From contig NMRA01000317.1 in NCBI GenBank assembly GCA_002633005.1, positions 299,366-363,365 of the forward strand: a stretch of DNA of 64,000 nt, in the 5' to 3' direction. The DNA is from Phoronis australis (Eukaryota > Animalia > Phoronida). Position 1 is the stretch's first letter; each line of letters starts with the position of its first letter. Below, in pieces: positions 12,701 through 26,269 of the stretch. Below the pieces are notes generated by a model, which made no database searches, was not told where the DNA came from, and saw only the letters and a program-made list of their open reading frames with translations. The position numbers were made by a program, and so were the translations under genes.

Positions 12701-15700
12701 AGCAATCAAATCTTTGGCAACAATGCTGTTAGGATTACTATGTCTCTTCAGACTATGCTTCTTGAAATGAAGATGTCATGTGGAGTGGTTAGAAGATTTG
12801 AGGGGTGAGTGATATCAACTGTACTGGTGGGAAAAGTTCTGATCAAAGCTGGAAAGAAATGGAATTAATGTATTATCCGTAAAGGGTGTAGTGTTGTTAA
12901 ATTCTGTGATGACTGGCAACAGTGGAAAAAACCATTCAGCAGAATGTCTAAGAATTTAGTACACAATGGTGACGTATGTTTTTTCGTAAAAATATTTAGC
13001 CACAAATAGTTTATCATATTTAAGGTTTATGGCGTAGCTGAATGTACTGTCGGACAATGTTTTGAGAAATTGTGGACATTTACTAAAATGATAGAAGCCC
13101 TTGAAAATGGTGGCAATTTTCTGGGTTTTTTTGTTGCTTCTTGGGAATGATATGCTCAATGTGGTTGTGGTCTTAGTCTTCTAATCTGACTGGGCAAAGT
13201 CGTCTCTCAGGCAAAACTTTCTATAGGAAGCCCAACGATGAAAATGTTATTTCACGAAAACTGAATTGTTTATTATTAGGTTGGTCTTGTTTAATATATC
13301 TATTACTGTCATATGCAAAGGAATTTGTTGTAAAAATAAATTGCCTCAAATTCAGTAATGCCAGTAGGTTAAGGAGATCTGACCAACTACTAAACACTTG
13401 TTTATTGTGATAGTAAAATCTTAATGAGCAATAACAATGGCAGTTAGAGAGAAAGAGGACGTGACTAGCACAAGAGCGCCATCTGGTGGACTGGTGCAAT
13501 ATGAATGTAGTAAACGTCTTGGTTCTTTACACAGTGTGGGTGAGACTGTGTGTGAGTTACCATACTGGTAGTCAAAAAACAAGTTATCTGAAAGTAAAAA
13601 ACAATTGCTAATGAAAAACAACTGTAATTATTTATCGCAATCATCCCTTTAGATGGACTCCAGCTAAGAAAAGAACAGGGTTACGTAAACAGTAGCTTTC
13701 AAATTTCGATTGTCTCTTCTTGATACTCAAACGTAGGGCTGATTTCTTTCAAGGATAAGCCGGCCTCGCTTTTCATGGACACAGGTGGTTGGCCTTCATC
13801 ACACTGCGCCAATGTTTATAAGTCACTTCAAAGCTTTCATGTTACCTCCACTCTATTTGTATAGTTTAAATGAAGTGTCATGTATTGTGATCTTGTTCAC
13901 AGTTCCATCACAATTGATATACCTATAGAAGAGTGAGTACCATACCCTACTTATAACTCACAGTGAAATCTGCAACATGCTCTATTGACTCTAGGACTTA
14001 AATTGAACAGTGGGATAATGCCAGGGTTGTTGACCAACCTGTCCTAATCCAATCACAAATTGACCATGAGATGTATACTATGTGTGAAGTGCAGGCAGTT
14101 TGGTATCTCATCTGAGTACGAGTGGAGGTTGTCTTCATAGTTTTCAACCAACTTGATGGAGGTTTGTACTTTTGTCCTTGCTTATTAGTCGCAGATAAAA
14201 GTTTAACATTCACCTCCTATTTGTTAAACTTATTTTCTGTTGTACAGTAAATGATTTCATCATTTCAAAACTAAGGTGAAAGCTTAAAAATAAATGTAAA
14301 ATTTCTTCATTTTCTGAAACATTTACCAAAATTGACAGCTTGATGGGTTGCTGGTCACTGGGTTTGACAAAGTGTAAAAACTGTCTACATCTCAGGTGTT
14401 TGACTGTGAAAGGTGAATAATTCTGTACTGATAGTTTCTCATAGTAAGTCCCAGGACACTTATATCAGGAAAAGAAATTTTGCCATTTAAGCATGTCCAA
14501 AAATAAGCCTGGCCATAAACCTGTGGAAGGGAGAAGACTCAGTAATGGAAAATGTATCATTATTATGTCACAGCTGATTTCTACCTCATGCTTACAATTA
14601 GAATAATATTAGTGTTATTATTATTATTATTATTTTTATTGTTGTTATTATTTGAACACACATGTTAATCAACCAGGCAGACATCACGCCTCCTTCAAAG
14701 GGAAGATGGATAAATTATTGAGTTGCGACTGATCAACATGCTAAATCTTTATCAGCACTGCAGTCTCGTCAATCATTTCTTTCCAACATCAGCAAAATAC
14801 AAAATTCTGTTGTATTCAGATATGCGTTTTATCATTGCTGCATTTCACCCAGTTTACCTGACTAAAATAAAAATCGAATCTCTCCTTTTACTATCATAAA
14901 ATCTGCAAAATCATAATTTTCCTTACTGGGATAAGATAACATTCATGCGTCTAATCAGTACATTGAAACCACCAGTGACTTGAGAAAATACAATCATGGG
15001 GCTTTATTGACTTGTGAGTTGATAATGGATATACGGTAGAACCTTGTCATCAGGGTAAGTTATAGTGAGATGGATGGTTCAGTATGGTACAGCTAGAGGA
15101 AAGAGAAGAACTCTGCATACCTCACAGCTGTCTACAAGTGCCGATGTACTCAATAACCATAGTATTTAAAATAACGAATGTTTTTGTAAAACATTCTATG
15201 TTTTATCCAACCTTCATGTGTCACTCCTGACATTTCTTTTAAGAACTTTTAGATTGATAAGTTCACATGTGTTGCTGCTAAGCCCATGTTATGTAAATAT
15301 CCCAATTGTCTCTTGTTATTGTTATTATTTGACACCCTTGCTGTGTTTGGTTTTCAGGCATAACCCAAACAGTGAATTCCGTGTCAACATTGGGGAGATA
15401 CAAATGTCTACTTAATCATTGTCAAAGGTCATTAGGTGCATTTGGGTGTCTGTACGTTAAAAGTATACTTATTTGTATTTTCTGAAAAATTAATTGTGAG
15501 ATATTTGTTTAAGGGCATTTTGATTAGGCGTGAAGCTGACTGGTCAAAGTTTCATAAATGCTGAGTGTGGGTTGGTTGTGAATTGGAAGTATTACATGTA
15601 TTTCAGTAGTTGTCTCTATTGTACTTTTATTTCTTTTATTGGAACTGGGCTTTCACTGAACTAAATTTGATGCAAACTGTCTGCTAGTTGACACAATGCC

Positions 15701-17607
15701 ATAAAAGCTTCTTACAACATACCATTCTTATTGTAAGAGGGGTACATGATCTTATCTCAATAGTTGGTCTAGTGGACCAGTACTTGTATCATTGTATCAC
15801 TACCTCTGGCCATGGGGAATCAGCTCAGGTTTGGTTGGATTTAAGTGTATTTTAGATAAAGTTATCCTAACTGTCATGACATTTATGGGCTTATTTCTGT
15901 CCTTAGTGCCTTCCCCTCTGGCTGGCTCAGGGGGGAAGGGGGACGGCTCACTGATTTCTGATCATTCGAGTTAAAGTTGCATTTCGCTTCGCCTGCTTAG
16001 TTGTCAATATTGAATTCTCAACTATAGTGCTTTGGCCTTTAAAAACATTACCATGCTCGTTTGATCTTGAATTATTGGCGAATGAGACGGAAATTTAAGC
16101 CACAAGCGCTACTTTCAAATCCGTAATTTCAGGAATGACCTCCTCAATAGACTCTGAAGCATTCAATCGCTGTTGGTTTCGATGTTCTTGTCGGTAATGG
16201 AGATAGAATCCTGTCACGGGTAAGCCATATTATGAGAGCAATTTGTGAGAGTAAAAGACCAACTTCAATTTTTGTTTTTTAAACAAAGCGAAATGGTGCT
16301 TGAAGTGTTGCAACTACTTTTAAATTCTTTCCCTGAAATGTCAAGTTGAGCTGAATTTTCTTTTATAGGTAATAATGTAGCATTAGCACAAATAATTTAT
16401 ATCAATACACATATAGAGAAAAACTTGTATATGTTTGACTAGGGTAACTTGTATGACAATGTTTGCTTATGTGACTCTGACATTAAGTTGCCTAGTATAG
16501 TTGTTCTACTTTGTTCAATGGGTCCTTCGATAAGTCTGAGTTTGCCTTATGCGCATTAAAACTTCTGATCCACTGAGTTGGATCTGACTGGTGCGAGTTT
16601 TACTGCATAAAACTGTGCAATAATGTTACATTTTTGTTCGATGATGCGGGACTTCTAGAAGGCTGTGAATGAGCCGCCCGTGTCAGAGGTGACGGAAAAA
16701 AAATGTGTTGCAGCTCAAAACTCGATTTTCAAGTCGGACCTTCTAGGTTTATGACTTTTAACCGGACTACAATTATTGCATTGCTATGTGCTATATGCTA
16801 TGTCCCATGTTTGGGCTCACCTTGGCTGGCTGTATTACAGACATGGACTGTTAGTTGTGATGGTATGACATCTACAATATTCCTAATGTAGTATCGGCAG
16901 TGAAGTTCATCTGTAAGTACCATACTCGGTATGTCATTGCTCTTTTCATTGAGATGTGCTGGGGTGCATCATGTTTTGACATTTTGCTTGCATAAAATTT
17001 AATCTTTTTATCCTAATAAGGTCATGTAGGAAGTACCATACAAAATGTCAAAATTTCGCTAACTTAGAAATAGCTGGTGGGATTTGTATAAAACTTTGAA
17101 ATACTATGCTTTATGCATTGTTTTCCAAAAGGCTGTTAGGAATTGTATTTATATGCGGGTCCACTTTCGCATAAGGGGATTTCAAAAATAGTAATATTAT
17201 GATTTTTAGAAAAAAGAAAAATTGCATGAAACAAGAACAAAATAACTTAGAAAAATATGTTTCAGCAGTTTTGATTTCAAATGCACATTACTGATGGAAT
17301 CAAAGTCTGATCAAGGAAATCTCCTGCTGTATAGAGTATTTTAACCTTGAGAGCCGCCTAGTGGCCATTTTTTGCCAAGACTTAACACTAACTTCTCTAC
17401 TGAACTGTGATGACATCGTGCATGAAGAGAGTGTATATAATGAGCTGTTATGTGGTAGATTTTCTGTGTACTATTAAGGATGTTTTCGCAGCAGTCACTT
17501 TTGGTCACAGGTGAATTTCTTTTACACTGGAATGCCAAATTTAACACTTGAAAATGATTAAATAAAAATGTGGAAGCATTAGGAAGCATTGAACCACTGT
17601 AAATGTG

Positions 17608-17717
17608 GGTAATGGTCTGATATAACGTGCCCAAATTTTAAGAACCAGTTTTCTCCACTGAGTAACAGGCATCAAACTGGTTCTCAAAATATGGGCACTT
17701 TATATCAGACTATTGCC
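17608..17717. mobile_element. ~110-bp palindromic (fold-back) MITE, copy 2
   Basis: GTCTGATATAACGTGCCCAAATTTTAAGAACCAGTTT...AAACTGGTTCTCAAAATATGGGCACTTTATATCAGAC; same family as 7067-7176. Confidence 0.75.
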
Positions 17718-17970
17718 AGAACATGGACAATTTGTAGTTTTTTTCCAAAAAGCTGTTAGTAGAGGCGTGTCTCTAGACGAGTTTATGTGTTTCATATCAC
17801 TTTATTGTTCTATTGCATATTAGAATAAGAACAGTTTGACCCAACAAGGAACCAATAAGTGTTGGTGGCAGGTGCACATTTGTCTAAAGGCAAGGTCACA
17901 TGAAAGGGAGAGTTTTAAGGTGCAATAAACACACCCCTTCTGTCAAAATGCTACTTTTTATTTAGGTCCC

Positions 17971-18376
17971 TTAAAGTGGCACTTGCGCACTAATTCTTTA
18001 TCTCTGATTGCTTAGTTAAATCAGTTTGAAACGCAACATAATACTGTGAGTATGAAGTAGGTTGAAAATTGCCAAGTGTTTTTAAGAACTAGTTTTGTGT
18101 CGAAAATGTTCCCCCGCAAATCACTCAACTGTGAGTAAGTATCCTGACTGTGACGTGTCCTGTTGGGGAATAACACTGCACGATGTGTGCTATGTGAGCC
18201 TCAAGGCACTTCATTAGTGCAAAGGTCACCTATTTACAGAGTTTTTTGTTTTCACATCTACAAGTTGTTAATGAATATAGCTGCACTTTGTTTAGCTAGA
18301 TTGTGTTTAAAATAGCATTGTCATTTATACCCTGCTGTACATTAGCTTAGTTAGGAGCATGCAAATACATTTTTAA
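17971..18376. mobile_element. TTAA-flanked ~400-bp non-autonomous DNA transposon (Kolobok/T2-MITE-like), copy 1
   Basis: Starts TTAAAGTGGCACTTGC and ends GCATGCAAATACATTTTTAA; colinear with 25761-26143. Confidence 0.7.
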
Positions 18377-19267
18377 AGTTTATAATTGGCGTTCTCTTAT
18401 TCCTTAGTCAGATTAGAAAAAATATCTAGGCTTGATGTGACCCAGCAGTTCGTTTTTGTTTCTGACCAGGCTCATTGGTTTTTTTGTGATGGTCGTTAGT
18501 TTCAGCCAGCACAGCTGAGAGGCCATCTAGGCATTATATTGAAACTAAATTTCCATGCAATCAAAGGATAATAATGTAATGAGCAAACAGGGCACCAAAA
18601 CATGATTGAATGATTAGTGTCTTTAACTTGTAGAGTATGGACGGTTGAGATTTGTGTTATTGCATCAATGCATCAGTCTATCTTGAGAAACATTTTGTTT
18701 TAACGTCATGATTTATGCATTGATTTCACACATCCTCTCTGCAAGATAGTTAGAACTGGACTCTCTGGTGGTATCAGGTCATTGCACTGGTTGTAAGTGT
18801 CGCTGATAAATTATTGAAGATTGATATTTTATTCACATCACTGGTTCATAAAGCAGTTAACAAACAAACTGTATGCCAGATCCGGCAACAAGTGTTTGTG
18901 CTGACGTTCATAACAAGGAAAACACAGACATGATATGGTAATTCTTATTATTGCTTTTTCTAATTGTAGCTATTGCTATTGCTATTTATATCACATTTTC
19001 ACTCATTTGAAGCTAATTGCTTGCAGATTTGTCACCTTTGATCATTCAAAAGCTAGATTATGTCTTCAACTACATACAAATTTTATGGAAAGTCATTTTA
19101 TGACAGCCATAGTATCTAGATTATGTTCGTTTGAAGATTGACGTTTTATTTTCGCAAAGAAAACTTTTCTTCTTTTCCTACGTAGGAAATGCTAAATAGA
19201 CAAAGAATTTTTGTGTGATCACCTTTTACAAACTGTTATGTGCAATCTATGCTTTCTTTGACTGACT

Positions 19268-19515
19268 TTTGAGGAGGCAGTGTGGCCTGGTTGATAAGTG
19301 CCCGCTTTCTTTGCTCGAGGTCGTGGGTTCAAGTCCCACCAGGTCATACTGCTAAACCCTTGAGCCAGGTTTCTAGCTCCTCAGCTCGGTTTTAAGAATA
19401 TATCAATAAAGCATAAAAAATTTTCCAGGTGATCAGTGCAATGGGCCCACATGCGAGGCCTGCGCACGTCTGATACAACGTGTATCAGTCCGCCTGTAAT
19501 TATTTTTATTTTTTA
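19268..19515 (+). mobile_element. tRNA-derived SINE with a 44-bp target-site duplication
   Basis: A-box-like TGGCCTGGTTGAT, B box GGTTCAAGTCCC and a (TATTTT)n tail; flanked by direct repeats 19224-19267 and 19516-19559 with one mismatch. Confidence 0.8.
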
Positions 19516-20144
19516 TTTTACAAACTGATATGTGCAATCTATGCTTTCTTTGACTGACTGATGTATGAGTATAAGACAAAAGTATTCAGACAATATACCG
19601 TTTCCCCTGTCAAGACAGCTAATAGGGCAGTTTTCATATTAGCGCTCTCTAGAGTTATGAGAGCATGAAAGGCACCTCTGTTTGATACCGACTCAGATTT
19701 GGTGGATAGAAATTCAATTACTACAACGTGGCTCATTAATTTAAAAGCAGAAAAATAAATTCCACCGTCAGCCCCTCCCATTGTTTTGATTGGTTGAAGT
19801 TCACTCGTTTATTTTAGCTTTTTGACACCGCTTGGTATCGAAATTCTCGCAGTCACTGGCTTTGTCGCGGATTCTTCTTCCAGTGAAAAATGTATGGAAA
19901 GTGATGTTTACCTAGGACCTGACTGCTGTCTGGTGGAATGGTGAATTTCAATAGGGCTCGGGCTATTTCGAAATTCAGATATTCTGTTAACAGCAAAAAT
20001 AGCCATTAGGGCAGCAAAATTCCAATTACATAAGAGCTTGTCCACCTTACTAATTGTCTTGCTTATGTTGTGAAGCGTGACTTCCGATTGTGATGACACA
20101 TACAGTCAGATAAAGCCTCTCTAAGCCGCTTGCCAAGTGGCAAT

Positions 20145-20400
20145 TGCCTCTTGGCCGAATGGTTTAGATGCTTGACCCTCGCAAAATGGGTTCAAGTCCC
20201 ACCACAGACATGGAAATTTTCTACACTTACTCGTCTTAATTCTCGGTGGGGTACTCTGACGAATTGGCTGGGCCGGTAATTCTAGGTCATGTTGTCTGAA
20301 TACTTTTGACTTGTACTATAGCATGTTCAAACGACAAGATGTAGACCACTGGTCAGGCATACCTGTATGTAGGTTTGGCCACCTTTCAGTGACTTACAAT
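20145..20400 (+). mobile_element. Degenerate tRNA-headed SINE fragment
   Basis: A box TGGCCGAATGG and B box GGTTCAAGTCCC in tRNA-like arrangement but no intact cloverleaf; 3' boundary uncertain. Confidence 0.5.
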
Positions 20401-21199
20401 TAAGAATCATAATACACAACCTGCTTAAGACAGTACTTAGTTGCATGATCAAACCTAGATTAGTTTATTTGGTGAAAAATTCTGTTAAAGCTCCTACGGA
20501 TCCAGGGGGGGGGGGTCACGGGTGTCCAGACCCCATTTTTTCTCTTGATTTTATTAATATCAAATCTAGAATTTTCAAATTGTTGACTTGGACTCCCCTT
20601 TTAAAAAATCCTTGATCTGATCCCTCTTTTAAAAAATCCTGGATCCGTCACTGTACTTACTTTGGAAGTGTTACCTGGGGTTAACAAGAATTGATGCGGC
20701 TTGTTATGGCTCAAGACCAGGCTGGTTAAGTTGACTTGACAGGTGAGTTTGTGCACAGAGGACAGCCTCAAGCAATAATGAACTGTTGGTTCTTCCCACG
20801 CCCAAAAGTCACTTTTAATTTGTGAGCAGCGGACAAGGCAAAACTAGTTTTGTAACATTGCTTTGTCGTTTAAATCAAAACTACCGTAAGTCTTTTTGTC
20901 AGAAAGTTGGTTTTTGGAAACTTCTAAAACTTAAAACTTTCACACGTCGTGACGGAAAAGTGAAATTTCATTTTGTCAAATTTCTCATCAGGAATAAAGT
21001 TTGAGAAAATCCTAGTCGGTTGTTGGCTCTAGTTGGTTGTACTGTGTAGATGTCATAAAACAACATTTGATAATGTTTCCGTTAGTTGTAGCGTGGCAAC
21101 CAGCCTTTGAAAAATAGGAAATTGTCAATTTTTGGTAATTATTTTTGTCATACGGGAAGAATTACAATATAAAGCTGCTGCCCTGGGGGGGGGGGGGGG

Positions 21200-21243
21200 N
21201 NNNNNNNNNNNNNNNNNNNNNNNNNNNNNNNNNNNNNNNNNNN
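21200..21243. other. Assembly gap within a poly-G tract
   Basis: 44 Ns flanked by G runs on both sides. Confidence 0.98.
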
Positions 21244-23298
21244 NGGGGGGGGGGGGGGGGGGGGGGTCAAATCAAAATGGCCAATTTCAAGGTACATAAG
21301 ACAAAGCAAACATGAAGCAGTTTATTAAGTCACAAGTAACACCCATGAGCTCCATTATGACAACACTATAACTTAAGAAAACAACAAGGGTTGACTTGTC
21401 TAATTTCACCACTTGACTTTTTTGTGACCGTTGCAAAATTTAATGAAAACTTTCGATTCTGGCCATTGTGAGAACTGGGATATTACTGTCATATTATCTA
21501 AACAGTGCTCAATGTAGCTTTCAGGTGGAGTAAGGTGTGTTGAGATTCAATACTAATGACAGTAAGTAATTCTTATACAGTACAGGTTCAGGTTATGTGT
21601 ATTTGAACATTTAAGGAAATATTTGAGTATTAGGGTAGGTAGGGTCCAGTACAGTTATCAGTTGAAATTAACAGTAGGAAATCATGTGTATTGGGATTGG
21701 TAGATGTCCACTACTGCTAGCAGCTAAAGTTATGTACATTAAATAATTAATTAAGGAAATAATTGTTTATTTGGAACCATTCAGTTTATACTATGGTCCA
21801 GCCTGAGACTAACACCTGGGCAGTTAATGGGGCTGATATTAATAAATAACAGTTGTGCCTGCAGGGGTTAAGGTAAAGACTGGTCAGAATCAATATACAA
21901 TAAACAGAATAGGGTAATGGTGGGATAATGATTGGAATTTGTTCTAATTTTCATATCTCAGTGTGTGATTAACGTCTTGGTCTTTACTTTTCTTGCACCA
22001 TTAATGTAATCATCTATGGATCTCACATCAGTGTGCTTTGGCTTATTATACATGAATCCTATATTTTATAATTTCACCGCCGGGAGCATCAAGGTCTCTC
22101 TGCATATTCGTAATTAGAGCCCAGCCCTGAATATTTGAGTAAGAATACTAAATATAACTTTATGTATAGAGGATAAAAAAACAGTTTAAGCATTTATTTG
22201 CAACAGTGGTCATGTGGTCATGTGAACTTAGAAGCTTTTAATTAATTTTGATCTGCACGACTGTGTTTTTTGGCAACTCTTCGATAAGTTATGAAAGTGT
22301 TCCACAAAATCATGTTCACAATGGTTATACATAAGCCTTTGGGAGACTACCTTGAATTAATTAATAGTTTGTTATAATATGTATGACCTTTTATCTCATC
22401 ACTATGTGTTGTTTCGCTGTAAACTAGTTTCTGTACCACTTTGCAGTTAGCGTATGCAAATAACTTTTTTATACTAAAGTACAATTTTGCCCCAATGCTA
22501 CTTTTACCGATTCTTATAAGCTATTAAGAATATCAAGGATTTACTTGGATGATGGAAAACTGCCAAGCATCCAATCAGTCTATCATTCAAACTAGTCCCG
22601 GAGGGGCCACTCACCTCATCATAGTTATCCTATTGAATTAATCTGTCTTTCGTGGGCTGTTAATGATCCAGCCCCCATGATACCGTGGGCACTAACGCAA
22701 AATTTATGGTCAGCTAATGTGTTGTATGTCCCTTGTGTACATCTTCCATGCCATATCTACTAAACTGTTGGAAACTTAAGACAACTGTTGTAAGCTAGTG
22801 GAGTAAAATATTGTTCACAGTCCGCTTGAGATTTTAGAATTTGTTCTGCCGATTTTCATAATGTGTGGCCCGCTACAGAAGTGAGTTTGTCTTATTTCTT
22901 GGGTGGTTGCATTGATTTGTTTTGGAAGTCAACATAAACTTGTGTGTTCCGGGTGATAATTATCATCTCTCACTGGCAGCAGTGATGTCTATTCATCAAG
23001 TGTCAATCTCTCTCAACATGATAATTGGTGTTTGCTTTTGACTTATCGTTGTGTTATAAAAATATTGTTTTTCTGCTCATCTTCTGTCAAACTTTCATAT
23101 TATTGGATAATTGTCTATCCCCGAATGGTTGTCTTGCTGATGTTTTTTGATAAAAAGCCAAAGTTGATTGTTCGAACACTTCAGTCAGAGAGTCAATTGT
23201 GTGGTGGATTCAAGTGTCTGTTATACAAGCATTGTTCCTCATGGATCAAATGTAATATTTGTCAATTTTCTTGTTAGGTCACTACAATGTTATAAAAG

Positions 23299-23420
23299 AT
23301 GAGGCGTGCTGGTATACGATATCTAGTAACCTGTGTGGTATGTGCTGTAGCATTCACATATCTGTCACTATGGACAACCAGGTGTACTGAAGTCAACAGG
23401 TTGGACAATAACTTTTACAG
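23299..23420 (+). CDS. GLCE: D-glucuronyl C5-epimerase, coding exon 1 (cytoplasmic tail and type II TM anchor)
   Basis: Acceptor ttgttag before 23278; ATG at 23299 gives MRRAGIRYLVTCVVCAVAFTYLSLWTTRCTE..., resembling the GLCE N-terminus; donor AG|GTAAGT at 23421, phase 2, compatible with the next exon. Confidence 0.85.
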
Positions 23421-24860
23421 GTAAGTGAAATCATTGTGGAAGGTGATACAATCTTGTTTCAACAATCTCCTGAATGCTTGAACGAATTTCGATCAGATTG
23501 ACACACTACCATAACCTAAAATGGCATGTTATGAAACAGCTGGCCACCCAGTAGTACAAGATGCATCAGACCTTCCCATGCCCAAACAGATCATTTATGG
23601 TGTTAGTAAGTTAAAAAGCATGCCAAGAGCCATCAGGTTTGACTGGGATGGTGACAACTGTATCAATCCTTGGTTTCTTGAAAAGATAAACTGGTACCAT
23701 GACAAGAAAAATTAATTGACCGGTTTGTGTCAGAGACTGTTCCTTGATTTTTATGTTTATGGTGTGTATTATTGGTAGGGAAACATTCTCCCTTAAGGTT
23801 ATGTAGAACCCTTGAAAAATGTCCAATTTTGGCTGATTTCAGAACACTATCGCAGAAATGGCCGATAGGAACCGCATGACACTTTCAGATACTGTGCTTT
23901 ATACACTGTTCTTCAAAACTGTTAGGAATTGTCATTAAAATGAGCAGCTGTCAAAAATAGGACTTACATGATTTTTATAAAAAATTTCAAAGGTACACAC
24001 AATGAAAATGACGGATAATGTAGAAAAATGAAAAAGAATTTTCGAGATTTTGTCTTGAACATATATGTCATACAAAATTTGGTCATGCTATTAATCTTAT
24101 TGCTTTGCTATGACCACTCCCTTCTTTTTTGCTAAGTTTTCCAAAAAGCAAGTTCACGTGATTAATTAGTGGCAGATTGGTTTAAAGTCAACTATCAAAT
24201 TCTGCTCTCGGAAATGTGTTCTTTTGCCGAGTTAAATTCTACATTTTTGTAGACATTTGGACAAATGTACAAACTGGTCCATACATCCTCAACCATGAAG
24301 GTTTCTGTCACTTCGTGGACTGATTAACTTGAGCCTAATGACAACATCCAAAGCAAAACCCAAACTGCTTTGTGGAGCTATTTGATTTTTTTTTAATTTA
24401 ATCAATATAAATATATACAAGTCCATTATCTAGTTTTGCAAAAGTGTATCCTGAGTGATAAATTAGCAACAGTTATTTGCAAGGCAGTTTTTACATGTCT
24501 ATGAACCTGCGTTTTATAAATGACATTAAATATTAATTGTATAATCGCCAATTAAGCTTAATCACTTTATCTCTATTTAATGGACTTCTGACATTATCAG
24601 AGTTATAAATAAATTACGACATTCACTTAGTAGATTATTATCTAGACTTTACCTTGTGAACACTTGACTGTAAGTTGCCAACTATATCCTGGTTCAACAC
24701 ATCCTAATTGTCTATGTGCTCACTAATAGGACCACCCGCTTGTATCAGATTTAGTGCATTTTTTCACAGGAAAATTTCCAAAAGACGTAGAGTTTAGCAC
24801 ATAATGTATGTTTAGTGAAAAGGGGTAGCATGAGTTCCTGAACACTACATTTCATTACAC

Positions 24861-25330
24861 CCTCAACATATTCACATAACAATCACCCCTTTCACATACA
24901 GAGTTAAGACAAAGTACAAGACTGAACACTACACTCCTTGAGGGCCTCAACATATTCACATATCAATCACTCCTTTCACCTACAGAGTTAAGACAAAGTA
25001 CAAGACTGGACACTACACTCCTTGAGGGCCTCAACATATTCACATAACAATCACTCATTTCACATACAGAGTTAAGACAAAGTACAAGACTGAACACTAC
25101 ATTCCTTGAGGGCCTCAACATATTCACATATCAATCACTCCTTTCACCTACAGAGTTAAGACAAAGTACAAGACTGGACACTACATTCCTTGAGGGCCTC
25201 AACATATTCACATAACAATCACTCATTTCACATACAGAGTTAAGACAAAGTACAAGACTGAACACTACATTCCTTGAGGGCCTCAACACATTCACGTCAC
25301 AATCACTCCTTTCACATATTAAAGAGTTCA
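24861..25330. repeat. 84-bp minisatellite, ~5.5 copies, in a GLCE intron
   Basis: CCTCAACATATTCACA... units start at 24861, 24945, 25029, 25113, 25197 and 25281. Confidence 0.95.
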
Positions 25331-25760
25331 GACTGAGAACAGCAGGCAAGTCAAGAGACAATAACAAAGTTTGTGCAATACTCATTTTTTGGGTATAAAT
25401 TGTTAGCACAGTTTATACTACAGCATAAGAGGTTAAACTCTGTTTGTGTTCAGCCAACATTGAGTCTAAGTTTTACTTTTGTTGTGAACCTCCCTTTCCC
25501 AAAGATCTAAGAGATAAATGGCTTCCTGAAAAATATACCACACCAAGTGTAGACAAAGTTAAAATCATGATGTGTGTATGTGGAAATCCAAACTCTGAAG
25601 CATGGTGTATCTGTAATATGCATTAAGAGGAGACAAGAACAGTGTTCAGTTTCCAATTCTCATGCTATCTTACTTCTTATTTATAACTATTTAACGATGG
25701 TCAACAGCCTAGTTTACTGAAATGAAATATATGTATACATACTCATATGAACAGGATGCG

Positions 25761-26143
25761 TTAAAGTGGAACTTGCATGCTAATTCCTTATCTCTGTGAT
25801 TGCTTGGTCAAATTTGTAAGAAACGCAACATATAGTGACGATGTGATTATGGAGTACGTTGAAAATTGACAAATGGTTTTAAGAATGAGATTTGTGTTGA
25901 AAATGATCCTCCGTAAATCACTCAACCAGTGTCCAGTAAGTTTGGTGACCTGGTGTGGGGGAATATATCACTGTATGATGCAGGCTGTGTAAGCCCCGAG
26001 GTAGGCCGTTAGGTCAAAGGTCGCCTATTTGCAGAATTTTTTGCTTTCACATTTACAAGTTGTCAACTTAATGAATACAGCTGCACTTCGTTTAGTTTGC
26101 GCAAAACATTTGCATAGTTAGGAGCATACAAGTACTTCTTTAA
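25761..26143. mobile_element. TTAA-flanked non-autonomous DNA transposon (Kolobok/T2-MITE-like), copy 2
   Basis: Imperfect TIRs TTAAAGTGGAACTTGCATGCT / AGCATACAAGTACTTCTTTAA with TTAA at both ends; homologous to 17971-18376. Confidence 0.7.
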
Positions 26144-26269
26144 GCCTCAATTTTAAATTCTTTGGTCCCTGATTAAAGATTTTTTTTAACTACATGTGCA
26201 GTTTGATTTGAGCCGTAAACTTAGTGTATAAGTCCCACTGATTCGTTCCACCTTTTTCTCTAATTTCAG

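Noticed and set aside
19275-19345. Functional tRNA gene (also 20150-20205)
   Set aside because: A and B boxes are present but there is no proper acceptor or anticodon stem; the tail and TSD at the first locus indicate a SINE.
2447-23277. Numerous 60-110-aa ORFs in the left half
   Set aside because: Mostly non-ATG starts with composition typical of AT-rich intronic noise and no recognisable motifs.
24861-25330. CRISPR-like array or coding repeat (ORF 25131-25409)
   Set aside because: The units repeat over their full length with no unique spacers, and the ORF is a by-product of the 84-nt period.
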